Part shown: piece after piece, positions 1-13,587 of the stretch | How positions within the stretch are numbered: the first letter of the stretch is position 1 | Layout of the letters: each line of letters begins with the position of its first letter | NCBI GenBank assembly: GCA_904063045.1 | Contig: CAJFCJ010000018.1 | Span: 310,001-374,000 of the forward strand | Direction of reading: 5' to 3' | Source: Dimorphilus gyrociliatus | Taxonomy: Eukaryota; Animalia; Annelida | DNA length: 64,000 bases | Notes under the pieces: model-generated | Told to the model about the DNA's origin: nothing | What the model saw: only the letters and a program-made list of their open reading frames with translations | The model's database searches: none | Program-made: the position numbers and the translations under genes

Positions 1-2021
1 GATTTAATGCTTTAGCAGTTCGAAATTGAAGTTTGAATTTTGTAGATTTTATCATCCAAAATTCTCCAAAACCGTTAAAAACATACTGCTTCCCATCTGC
101 TGTTCTTATATGTGGATCACCCATAGCCCATGTTAACCTAGGAAATATATATCCCTGGCATGTGCTTCTTTTCCTTTTTTTATAGAATTTTGAACACATC
201 GTTTCCTGTATAAAAATTTTAAGTACCTTTTACATATAAATATTACTTTTACATACAGAAAGACAGCAATCTATTTTCGGCTGTAGATCAACTTCTTCAT
301 GCCACGCAGGATAGAAAATTGGGTTAAAAGCCCACAGAGAACCATCATCATATTTTTTCCCAGTCATCAAAAATCCTCCCCGAAAAATATCATAGCAACA
401 TTGCCTACTTGGTGCAGTAAAATATTTTGGACCAGGAAAGAAGGGTGGCATAATAGAATAAAAACAGATTGTCCTTCCTGGTTTTGATGTTGTTGCATCA
501 ATTACAAATCTAAAATCTAAAAAAGCAATAAACCTGAAATTGGAGAAATATGTGATCTGCTATTAGCAATATATCATATATCATAGAAACATACCCGTGA
601 CAAGGACACGAAGGGATCGTTAAATCTGCGTCCCGAAGTTCATCATCATATAAGATTGACTCAGCCAAAAATTTCCGGCAACGATATTCAGGTAACTCTC
701 GTTCACAATTTGTGTCACTTACTTTATAAATAAATTTTCCAGCCAAGTCTTTGTAACCAAAATATTTTAATATCATAATTTAAATAAAATAAACTGCAAG
801 ACTTACTCGTATTGCCATAAGTATTCTTCAAATTGAAAGCTTCTTCATTAGTTTCAACACCTTTCCCAGAAGCGTAATGGTTAAAAAAACCATAATTTCC
901 ATCAACAGGCGGAGCCTGATAGCCAATTGAGTATGCTGGATATGGCGTCCATGTATTATTACCGTAGACTAGAATAATATAAGATCTATAAGTTCTCTGA
1001 TCAGTTGTCAGTACAAGTTGAAAAGTGTTGAATTCATTTTTCGGAATATTTTCTTCATATGGCCATTTTACCAAATTTTTCCAAGTTATAACAGTCACTA
1101 GCGATGGTATAAAGTCTCCTTGATTAGACACCGTTGTTTTTATATCATGTTTTACCATGTTAATAACTTTAGTTGTTAATTCAGAACCTTCGAAAAAATA
1201 CGGATCATCTTGCTGATATACAGAATAATAAACAAGGTTCTTATCATTATCATTTCGTCCTTCCGAATCAGCCCAAAACGGTGCTATAATAGGTACTTTA
1301 GATAAGTAACCAGATAATTTCATTGGAAATTTAACGGGATAGGGTGATTGAAAGTTATTCTTGAAGGTGATATATCCATTTGAGTTTATCTGTTTCATTG
1401 AAATACTCACATATATATTGTTATTCATCAAATTGGTATAAAGTTTACGTAAAATTTTCTGTAAATTTTACAGTTAAACATGAAGCCATGCTTGATACGG
1501 ATTCTATCAGATGAGTAGTCATCCTGAGAATTAAAAACTAAGTCCTGTGTCTCAGCTGGTCCATATGGGAATATTTCAGGAACAAGAACTAGAGTGGAAT
1601 AATTTGAATTATTCAGTACTAATTTAAAGATAGGTTCTCACTTTTAGAACAATTGGCCCCTCTGAAGCCGTCTATACATTTACACTCATATCCGTCACTG
1701 GTAGGGATACAAGTACCCCCATACTAAAATAAATATATATGAAAATTTTTTTCTCTGTTTATAATTGGTCAAACCTGGCAGTTAACTCCATTACAATTCT
1801 GAATAGGAATTGCCGTAGTGGGTGCTTTAAAAAAATGTTTTAAGGAGTAATTCTTAATGATTTAAGTAAAAACCTGCAGTTGTTTCTCCGGATCCATTGT
1901 CAGCCAAGTCTAAAAAGCCATCATTGGTGTCAAAAATTAAAGGATCCAAATTTGAATCTGTATTGACTGGACTGTAAATAACGAATAAACTCAAGATAAA
2001 CGTGGAGCAAGTTATCATCAT
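1..2021 (-). CDS. Secreted/membrane EGF-NIDO-AMOP-VWD protein (Mesh/SUSD2/MUC4-like), 3' part outside window
   Basis: Hand-spliced exons with GT-AG introns. ATG 2021 with signal peptide MMITCSTFILSLFVIYSPVNT. EGF CNGVNCQYGGTCIPTSDGYECKCIDGFRGANC. NIDO core (IAPFWAD, NTFQLVL) in ORF 724-1431. AMOP (PSCPC, RQCCY) in ORFs 510-776 and 230-451. VWD start WAMGDPHIRTADGKQYVFNGFGEF at about 1-140. Confidence 0.85.
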
Positions 2022-2691
2022 TATAAATCAGCTATCATAAATGATTTAAAGTATAAGTCTCTATTCTTTTAATTTCCTTATAACACAGCTAGCTTGAAGA
2101 ATATTTCATATCCGTTAAAATTGATTCGTCAACTATTCTACGATCCCTCTTCTAAGTGCGAATTTTTCGCTCACTGTATTTATACCCCCCTAAAAATAGC
2201 GACAATTGTATTCAAATTCATTCTTTTATTAATCGATATAAGAATATTCCACAGACCTTTAGATAATCAACAAACCGCGACCTTCCTTTATTATAATGTT
2301 GGTTTTCAAGATTCACACTAAATATTTTGTATTAATACATTTTGGACGACGTTATCAAAACATCTTAAAAGAATTATTTTCAAATTAGTCGCAACTAAAA
2401 TAAAGCACTTGTCACTTTGTAGTTTTGAGTATTTGTTGCGTTAAAATAAGATAGATTTAATTACAACCGTTTGAATGAGGTTTATTCCTAATCAAAAGAG
2501 ACATATTCACTTTCGTCAGTGCAAAAATTATATTTCGCAAGACAAAGAACTACACTATAAGCCGTTTAAGTCAAATATAATACTGAACGTACGTGTTGTT
2601 AGCAGCTGATTATTGCAGCACCTATATGCATATATAAAAGTTTAAATGTAAATAAAATCAAATATAGTTTAGAAAAAGGACAGCATTTAAA

Positions 2692-3896
2692 TTATACAGT
2701 ATTTTCCAAAAGTTGAAGATCTCGATTTTCCAATTCAACCGCAAGTTGAGCCAATTCTTCAGTGAGTTCTTCGTTCTTTTTTTGAATTTGTTTGTAGTTC
2801 ATTTCCAAGCATTTGTGATATCTCACCACTTGACGCTTTTCAGCAATCCACTGGTGTTTTTCACGCTCAAAAATATCTTTCACTTTTTCAAATTCCTGCT
2901 TCAATATACCAAAATTTTCTTCTTCCAGGTTTACTTGACATTGAAAATCCACACCAGATTTATTGAAATTTGGATAATAATTTCGTTGAATGTCAAAGTC
3001 CTGCTGCAATTGGAGTATATCACAATTATTACAGTCAAGTTTCGCTTGTAAATTTCGTACAGCATTTTTCAATTGCCGATTCTCTGCTAATAAGTTGATA
3101 TTTGATTCTTTTAAACAAGCTATTTGCAGAGTCAAATTTTCTTCAATTTTTCTGGCGCGCTTGCTTATATCTCTTAAACGAGATTGCCACTCACTCCTTT
3201 CACCTTCCAAACGTTTTTGCCAATGTTCACTCTTTTCCTCATAAACTTTTAAGATAGCAGTTTCATTCAGAGCCATTGTCTTTCTTAATTGTATTATTTC
3301 GTTCTCTCTCTCTCGAAGCAAATTTTCAAAATCAGCTGCAACTCCACTATCACTTGGCGAGTGGGTTCCGAAGCCTTGCAAAAGTAAAATTTATTTATTT
3401 TTATATTTAAAGATTAATATATAATACTTACTTGTTGCTGTTTCTGCTCTTTGTAAAGACGATGTAAACCGACGCGTTGGGCTCAAAACAACTGGTTTAA
3501 AGGCAATGGGCCGTATAATACTTGAAATGTTTTCTGCATCCTATCAAAAACTGTTTTAGCTAAATTCAAAGTAATTAATATCTAACAAACCGCATTAAGT
3601 CTTCCAGAAACCGGAGTTATTACAGGAGGATTTCTGGGTACCTTATCTATGTTATCATCACTCCTGAAGTATTTCATATAATTTAAGTTACTTTCAGCAT
3701 TATCAATTGCTTGTTCTAAAGAATATGGAGACCAAGTTCGTCTGCGATCTGTATGTAGATATTTTGTGCTCCCATGTACAGGTATTATTTTTTTTATGGC
3801 CGAATCATTCCAATCCAGGTTAGAAAAATTCTCGTCTGATTCTACTATTCTATTATCTTGAGCCCGATTTAACGGAAAGAGATCATTGCTAGTCAT
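2692..3896 (-). CDS. LZTS/ProSAPiP1-family (Fez1) coiled-coil protein, 3 coding exons
   Basis: Family motifs PPVITPVSGRL, IRPIAFKPVV (small exon about 3432-3540) and SPSDSGV, followed by a long coiled coil (ORF 2692-3381). The first ATG is preceded by a splice acceptor, so a 5' UTR exon is likely. Confidence 0.8.
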
Positions 3897-4138
3897 TTCT
3901 ATAGAAGAATGAGAGTCGCTTGTTTTAGAAAAACATCAACCTGCCAGATTCATCAGTCAGTGATCTTCATTAAGATGGCTTTTAAATGCATCCAGATATA
4001 AATGTAACTTTTGTTCAACAGATGAATTCAGAAATAATCCTTTGCCATTTATGTTGCTGTCAGCAATTTAGTAGTGGATTTTAAATAAATTCATAGAAAA
4101 GCCAAAACCTTAAGTTTTCTTCACAGAAGCGCTCTTTT

Positions 4139-4149
4139 ACGCATGCGCA
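4139..4149. promoter_or_regulatory. NRF1-like motif in probable LZTS promoter
   Basis: ACGCATGCGCA about 240 bp upstream of the LZTS ATG; resembles NRF1 consensus YGCGCATGCGCR. Confidence 0.35.
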
Positions 4150-4612
4150 GTCATGAATGGGTTACCACTTCCTCTTCACAATTGCTTTCCTTTCTTTCGT
4201 CACAAAAGAGTTGGTACAGGACGCATACTAAATTATAAAATTTACGAACATGATTTCATTACATATCAAAAAGGCGCATTTTTCAAAAAACTTTAAAAAA
4301 TATTTTATTGCATACATTTTTTATTGAAAAACAATAAAGATATAATAGGATATGAAATCGAAAGTAAATACCAATTTTTCTATTTAAAATAAATCATCAG
4401 GATTATCATATTATACAAAAGTATTATTGTTAAGAGCGAAATCATAATTTCCAGCCAAATGTTTTCATTTTTTCATAAACAAGAAGTTTATTGATTCTTC
4501 AGCCCGTATCGAAGGTTCCAAATAATTCCGTAATGAAGATTTGTTTGAACTATAATCTTAGATGAGAGTATAACTTATAAAAGCAAAAATGTATTCTTCG
4601 GGTTTTTTACAA

Positions 4613-4654
4613 TCAATAGATGTCGCTGTGTGTGATATCTGCGCCCTCTCTAGT
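4613..4654. promoter_or_regulatory. CTCF-like motif pair (forward TCAATAGATGTCGC, weak reverse at 4641-4654)
   Basis: Partial match to CCRSYAGRKGGCR at the LZTS/FoxF junction; shares CAATAGATGKCGCTG with the 22167 site. Confidence 0.35.
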
Positions 4655-5411
4655 ACGATTGTTTTAAGCTATTCTGAATTTTTTTACGGATTTACTGAAG
4701 ATATCAAACTTAATAATTGATTACAGTTTTGATATACTTTCATCGAAGGACCACAAGTGAAATTTTTGGACGTTTAGCAGCTACTCTCAGCTCAAATTTT
4801 TAGTACATTAGTAGTATATTTTTTGATCTATTCACTCAGATTCTGTGTAATTAATACAATATAATTTAATAAGGTGAAAGAAATCTTTGTTACTTAGGAC
4901 CAGAGCGATAAAAATGTGCGTTAGACAGACAAGTCGGACGAAGAAAACGGCTCGCAGGCAGCCAAGTTAGACACGTTTGGCGCAATGTGGTTGCGTTTGG
5001 TGGTCACGCGTACTTGCCAAAGCCGACTTGCAGCATTCGCCTAATGTCTGTGCCAGATGCAAAATGTCCGATTTTGCTCGTCTAATGAATTCATCAACAC
5101 CGTCCCTGCCTTTGATCTTGATGAAGATAAGAGTGTCCTAACGTCCACTGGCCTGCAGACGTTTCATTTTTAAACAAGGTGTTTTGAGAAATTCTCACCG
5201 CCATGCATGCACTGGCACATTCTTTCCTCGTCAATATTTACGTCTAACTGTCCAGTTTGCTTTTCATCTAATTCTGCTGGGAGATGTAGGTATATATATA
5301 TCCGCACGTAAAATATAATTTGAGAATTAAAGCAAACGAGATTTTTTGTATTTCGAACACGAGCAGGAAAACGTTTTTTCTTCTTATAAATATATACAAA
5401 AAAATATATTA

Positions 5412-5420
5412 TGGGTGGTC
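5412..5420. promoter_or_regulatory. Perfect GLI consensus site TGGGTGGTC
   Basis: Exact 9-mer about 70 bp 3' of the FoxF stop; 1-mismatch copies (TTGGTGGTC) at 4997-5005 and 8677-8685. Confidence 0.5.
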
Positions 5421-5486
5421 TTGTACGCGTTAGAGAGCGACCGGCGTTTGTAGTTTGTCAAAGATGCGGTTACGTGAATACTGCTG

Positions 5487-7644
<2,158 letters not shown>

Positions 7645-9070
7645 CTATTTAAATGAGGCCAACTTTTAACCAACCAGCTACTAGTTTGTAGGGCGAGTCC
7701 AAAATAAAAAATTCGGGGGTGTCATCACATTTGATATCGGATGTTAAAACGTTTTGGCTCGGTCGCTTGCAGTCCAACCAACTGGAAAATTTATTTTACC
7801 ACCCTTAGCTGCCGAAAACTTAACATTTTTTATAGTTAATATATTCTACAGGGAAAATTATACAAGTAGTTTGATTTGTTTTCTCAGATTCTGTGCCGTA
7901 AACGCATAAGCAGGCACGCGCCTCAAGAGAGCTTCTGGTCGTCTTTAAGTTGATAACGCACTCATTTCTTAATCCTTTCATCTATTCGCCACCTGTACAG
8001 TTTTCAAAGGTTGGGGAAAGTTGCTTTGCGCACTTTAATACACTAAACGATTAAATCTTGAGAAAACACACATACTGGGAGAGGGATACTAATAATTACT
8101 CTTAACAAGAATATTATACCAATACAATATGCATAAATTTTTTTAATGGAAATTTCAAAATTAACAAGCAGTAGAGAAGCTTCTTGATGAAAACGTATAC
8201 GGACTGCGCGCAAGTCGGTTTATCTCTTCCTGGTTCCTGCGCTGTGTCTAGTTGAGTGATGATATGTTGCCCCAGCATCAAATTCTCGCTTATCTTCCTT
8301 CAACCGATTCTTTTGTCATTTATCACGGCATAGTTTGTTGCTTTTATCGCTTACGCTGTTTTTTAACATGCAACTTTTGGCGCGTTGCTTCATTTATTAA
8401 AAAAATTATAAATTGATCTCTCAAATGAAAAAAATTGAAAATTACGTTGAGCATCTTAGATATTTCGAATTCATTAGAAATCAAGTTTGGTTGACGCAGA
8501 CTTCGCACAGCTGCATCAACAGTGCACACAAGCTCGAGGCACCTTACACAATCGCCTGCAATCGTAAATGGTTCAGAAAACGGCGCTAATGTCAGACCGG
8601 CCGTCACTTGATATAACGTAAACACTTACAGCCTCTTGACCGCTGTCCACTAGCCACGTGTGTTCTTGTAGCTCCATTGGTGGTCATTATCAAAGTTGTC
8701 TTTCATTAAACTGGTATAGGAAAGAGAGAGGAATTCATATATTGAATTTAAATTTTTTTGACAAGTGAAAACATTATATGCCAAACAAAAATACTGCGAA
8801 ATTTATTCTATAAATTTTGCTCATCAACCTGTATAATATTAAAAAGAGTACTGAGCAATAACTTAAATATGTTTAAGGACACTAAATAATCGTATATAGG
8901 ACCAAATCATGAGATTGAGCGTGGTATATAGGCCTAAATCAGACTGCGTTGATTGTTTATTTACAGAAAAGCAAACGGTTCTCTCTCAGCTATTCGCACA
9001 GACGAATCTTCTCTCTCTAATGGTTCCGTTAATGGCCACGCTATTGAGTACTTTTTTCTTTTTTTTTCAG

Positions 9071-11514
9071 AAGCATTCTCCAGAATTATTACGAATGTTT
9101 TTTTTTGATTATTCAAAATGTGTAGGTTCTAGGATAATCAAGTTAGTAATATTATGGAAAATTAGATAGTTCTAGATACTTGTATTCATACGACTCTTAC
9201 ACAACATACAGTATACCAAGTCTATAACTTGTATATACGTACGGAACATGTCAAATGTCACAAGCATGTTTATTTTGTTTTGAATTTATAGTCACCGAGA
9301 CAGTAGAACCAGAAATAGACCCTGAAATTCCAGAAAAACTAGGACACTTTGTATCGTAAAATGTATTCTTTGGTGTTACATGAGAAAAGATTTTATAATT
9401 AAATCAAACAATTATAGATTGAAGGTTTATGAAATGTACTTAAAACTACTTCCTGGGGAGAATAGGTTTATGTATTCCATAAAATAAAACTGTGCTACCA
9501 ATAGATATCATAACTCTTTAGCTATTTGAATAAGCTATTCGTAAAATAATAATCCTTTTTGTAAAGCAAAATAGGCAAATGTATCTATCTAAGATATTTT
9601 TTAACTATTGTTCTCCCATCAAAAGCTACAGCTATAACTTTAAATGCTTTTAACTATCACACAAAACAATAAAAGGAAGACTATTTTCATCGTAAATGCT
9701 GAATAGAATGCTGAACAAAATGCGCATATCTAAAGAAGAATACTGGTCAAGTTTAAACATCAATGTAAAAATTACTTAAAAGTTGTTGCTTAAAATTCAA
9801 AGCACTCGTACAGCCATCTGTTGGCACAAAAGAGGTACAAATTCTCAAGAGAACTTTAGAACGTCGGTAAATCCTATTTCTTGCCAAATCATTGTTTTTG
9901 TTTATTAAGCACACAAGTGTATAAAATAAAAAAAATCCGATCGGTTTCTTAAATAAAAGAACAATAGAAGATTTTATTAAGTCTGTGATATTTATTATTT
10001 TCTTGAGTTATCTTTTTGTATTAAGATGAAAGTTGTATGGAATATCCAACTGGATTTCAGGGGAAAATCACAATTTTTATTATTATTGTATGTTTAATGA
10101 TATCTAACAACTGTTTTAACAGGTCAAAAGTTTTAAAGACCAGAAATGATTGCAAGATGGCTTCTATCTTCTAATGCATTTGCGGTCCGAGGAAACTAAC
10201 TACTCTTGGATGAAGATCTCCCTTAAGAATGAATTTTTTGGAAGTAAGATACGAGTAAAACATGAAGACGAGAATATTGTGTGTATCAATTTTAAACAAA
10301 TCGCTAAGAGTAATTATTATTTAATATTAGATCTTAGAAACTGATGTGTACTCTTTTAGTTTCTTCATGAATAAATTTTACCTCTCATACTGCAAAATAG
10401 CATTATTTGAAAAAGAATTTAGAGGAAGTGAAACTGGAAGCCGAAAATGAACATATTCAAAGGTTTATAAACATAGGATAAGTTATACTTGTGCATAAGA
10501 AAAATCTTTGAAAAAACACGTTCCGTCCGCGTACAAACAGATATACATGATGCATTCTGCAAGTTGGTATATATTACTACTCTCCATTGAAGTTATACAA
10601 AAGTTCCCTAGAGCTCTGAGATATTAACAATGAAAACACAGAGAGAAATATGTTCTAGCCAATGTGGGTCAATAATAATTAATTGCACTAAATTACTAAA
10701 AAAGAATGCAGTATTTAGCGGGAAAACAGGGCTGCTCTGGAATGCAGTTCGATGAGTACTTAACCCATTCCGTAAATGAGAGAGCAAAAATATCTACCGC
10801 TGCCCTCGAAGAAAAGATAATTCAGGATAATTGGTAAAAATTTTCTTTCAAAAACCAAAATGTTAAATAATTTACACGACGGTAAGAAGTGACAAATATA
10901 TGCTCTTCACAAGATAAAACTGTATTTGTAGGCAAACTACAAAAACAAAATTTTTCCCCTTAAAAAGAAATAACATTGGGCTAAGATTTATTATCATTTA
11001 ACAAAAATTTTTAATAAGTGAATAATAACTATTGATAGCTCAGTCTAATAAAATTTCTATCTTTTAAGCTCTTGATTTAATACTGATTTCTATACAAACG
11101 CCATCTTTCAGCAGAAACAGTAACTATTAAAGTGACGTCATCTCGTGGACAATCCGAAACTAGTCGAGTAAATAAATTTTTCCACAGTTCAGACCGCTTT
11201 TCCTGTTAATGCTTAATAAACTAAATTCATATTTTTCTTGTTAGATATATCAGAGCACTAAACTAATGTATCCTACCTCGTGTTTTAGCAAATGAATTAC
11301 AAAATATTTATTCCATAATATAAAAATTACATGAAAATGTTTTATTAGCTTAAAATAAAAAAGGTAGTTTTATAAAAATTGTACCAGAAAAGATTGTTTA
11401 TCATAGTTTTCTCTTACAGATGGCGTTCTACTCAAAATATCTTCTTTCATGGCAAAAGGATATGACGTATTCTACAAGCTTGAAGTCACAGGCTTGCAAT
11501 TTGACACCATTTGA
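9071..11514 (+). other. Candidate orphan gene made of micro-exons (unresolved model)
   Basis: Phase-compatible GT-AG chain 9071-9121, 9176-9210, 9292-9355, 9418-9465 gives an open reading SILQNYYECFFLIIQNVYLYSYDSYTTYITETVEPEIDPEIPEKLGHFVSLKVYEMYLKLLPGEN. Further exon-like pieces lie at about 9707-9866, 10400-10460, 10712-10833, 11112-11167 and 11420-11514. No homology recognised; start and 3' joins unresolved. Confidence 0.3.
9811..9824 (-). promoter_or_regulatory. CTCF-like motif, reverse (CCAACAGATGGCTG)
   Basis: Two mismatches to CCRSYAGRKGGCR; lies between FoxF and Sp6-9. It also overlaps a possible splice acceptor of the orphan gene candidate. Confidence 0.4.
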
Positions 11515-12235
11515 ATAATTCCTGGGATTAGAATACTTCATTCACAAAGTCCTATTGAAAAATTTGACTGAAAATAATTATCCTTTCTTATAATAATTGC
11601 TTAAACTTTCGGTACTTTACAGAGTTCCTATTGTTGTTGAACTTTGAAGAACAATACTTTATTAGCTTGTTCAACTTCAAAGTATGTTAATTAGCATTTT
11701 TTTTATTTCCTAAATTTTTTAATTAATTAATAATCTATTTATGTTAATTTAAGTTAAGATAGATATACCGATTTATATAATCAATTTCAAAACTATACCA
11801 TTTATGTTTGCTTTTAACGTTAAGAATTAGCGAAAAGTTTTTCGAGATCACTATGTTCAGTTAATTGTAAATCATACAGAAATTCAAGGAGTTAATTGTC
11901 CCAAGAATTGTTACATTTATACAATAGGTATAGAGCATTTATAAAATAGACTTTTCAAGAGTCCAAATCATTCGACTTAAGTCAATATATCTTTTGAAAA
12001 ACTACCTTTCAGCCATCGTTAAACCATAGATTGTTGCAATTTTGTTTTTCAATCTTCTTCGACTCAAAATCATTGCAAATATTCTATAATTCTCCAATGA
12101 AGATCAAAATAAGACAACTACTCAAATCGATAGGATGGAATTTATTAACTATGATAGTATATACTGTTTATGCATATTCTAAAACAACATCACATTTACA
12201 ATAAAAAAAATCTATATTTATACAGGTTGTACAGG

Positions 12236-13587
12236 TCATGACGTAGGTCTTGAAGGAGGTGAATTCGGTGTGGAATCGGAGTCTGAGGCGGTTTCCTTTC
12301 CCTCTTTATGCGTTTTGACGTGCTTTGAGAGATGGTCGGAGCGCATGAATCGCTTGTTGCATACTGGACAGGCAAATCTCTTCTCTCCTGTATGGGTCCG
12401 TAAGTGTCGTTGTAATTCGTCGGAGCGAGTAAAGCGTTTACCGCAGAACAACCAGTTACATACGAATGGACGTTCGCCTGCATATACAGAGATTTTACTA
12501 TAACTATCCCTTCTTATATCTTTCTACCACTCAAGAATTTTAATTTTAGTAATACACAGTTATAAAGAATAGAATGGCAGAATTTTATCGGCTAACACTA
12601 TCACTATTTTTAAATTGACTACAGATGGCACCACTGCTAGTAGGAGACGCGCGCGAAATATGTATACTCGTTCTGCGACTTTACACACAAAGACAGAAAT
12701 AAAAGAAATTTGGAAAATAAGAGTATTTTATTATCAGAAATCTTACCTGTATGCCATCGTAAGTGGGCCTTCAAATGAGACGTTTTATTATAGACCTTTC
12801 CACAACCTGGAATGTGGCAGGAGTGTATATTCCGCTTTCGCAGGTGAACGCCGGCAGGGCCTAGACGATCCGCTTCCTGGCAGTTGGGGCAATCGCACGT
12901 CGCTCTTCCTGTGTAACGCCTTTGGGAACGGGGAGACGGCATATTTGATAACGGACCATGAGTTGGTCGGGATAGGAAGACATCAGCCGAACTCTGACCA
13001 GAGGTTGTTGATGGCAACATACTCTTATAAGTGTCCTGTAGTAAATGTTGACTACCGGTTGGTAATAAACTGGCGTGTGTGGAAGACAGCGCCAAAGCTG
13101 AGTAATCCGGAGAAGTTGTTGAATGATAGTTAGTAGGTAGCTGGAGGGGTGACGTCGCATGCATGTCAAATGCTGACCAGCTCGTACCGCTGGTTCCACT
13201 AACTTCCCATGGCCAACTTGCTGTAGCAGCCGTGCTACAGCCATGATCTTTCATAGCTCCCCAACAGTCATAAGCTGGATGAGTTCTCGTATAAACGCTC
13301 AGTTGAGCCGACGCCTGATCACGTAGAGTGTCCGATTGACAATGCTGCAGCAATTCAGGAGGATAGGTAGACTTTGGCGTAGGATTATTCTGTGCACAAG
13401 ACGGAGATGTTCGAAGATGTTGAGCAGGCGGTGACGGTACGCCCGAAGAAGTTGTAGAGGGGGATTTCTTCCAAGGGTGAAACCCCTTTCCTATAGCTGC
13501 ATCTGCGAGAGGTGGAGGAGTTTTCGCTGTTATTTTGTTACACTGCGCTGCCAACATTGCTAAAGGAGCGCCAAGAGCCGATGAATC
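12236..13587 (-). CDS. Sp6-9: Sp6-9 (Sp8/Sp9/D-Sp1 class) zinc-finger transcription factor; exons 13587-12747 and 12477-12236, short first exon unresolved
   Basis: Sp box [13 protein letters not shown], Btd box [15 protein letters not shown], and three C2H2 fingers ([25 protein letters not shown] / [25 protein letters not shown] / [23 protein letters not shown]). Phase-1 intron ACAG|GTAAGA...ATGCAG|GC. Confidence 0.95.

Noticed and set aside
8200-8760. Possible FENDRR-like divergent lncRNA upstream of FoxF (and 93-aa ORF 8344-8625)
   Set aside because: Only positional analogy; no promoter or splice evidence for a divergent transcript, and the ORF is not recognisable.
12615-13244. Long overlapping ORFs on Sp6-9 (172 aa plus strand, 127 aa minus strand)
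   Set aside because: Antisense or alternate-frame shadows of a GC-rich coding exon; no recognisable domain. The same applies to shadow ORFs over LZTS, GPR158-like, SLC5A and NR4A.
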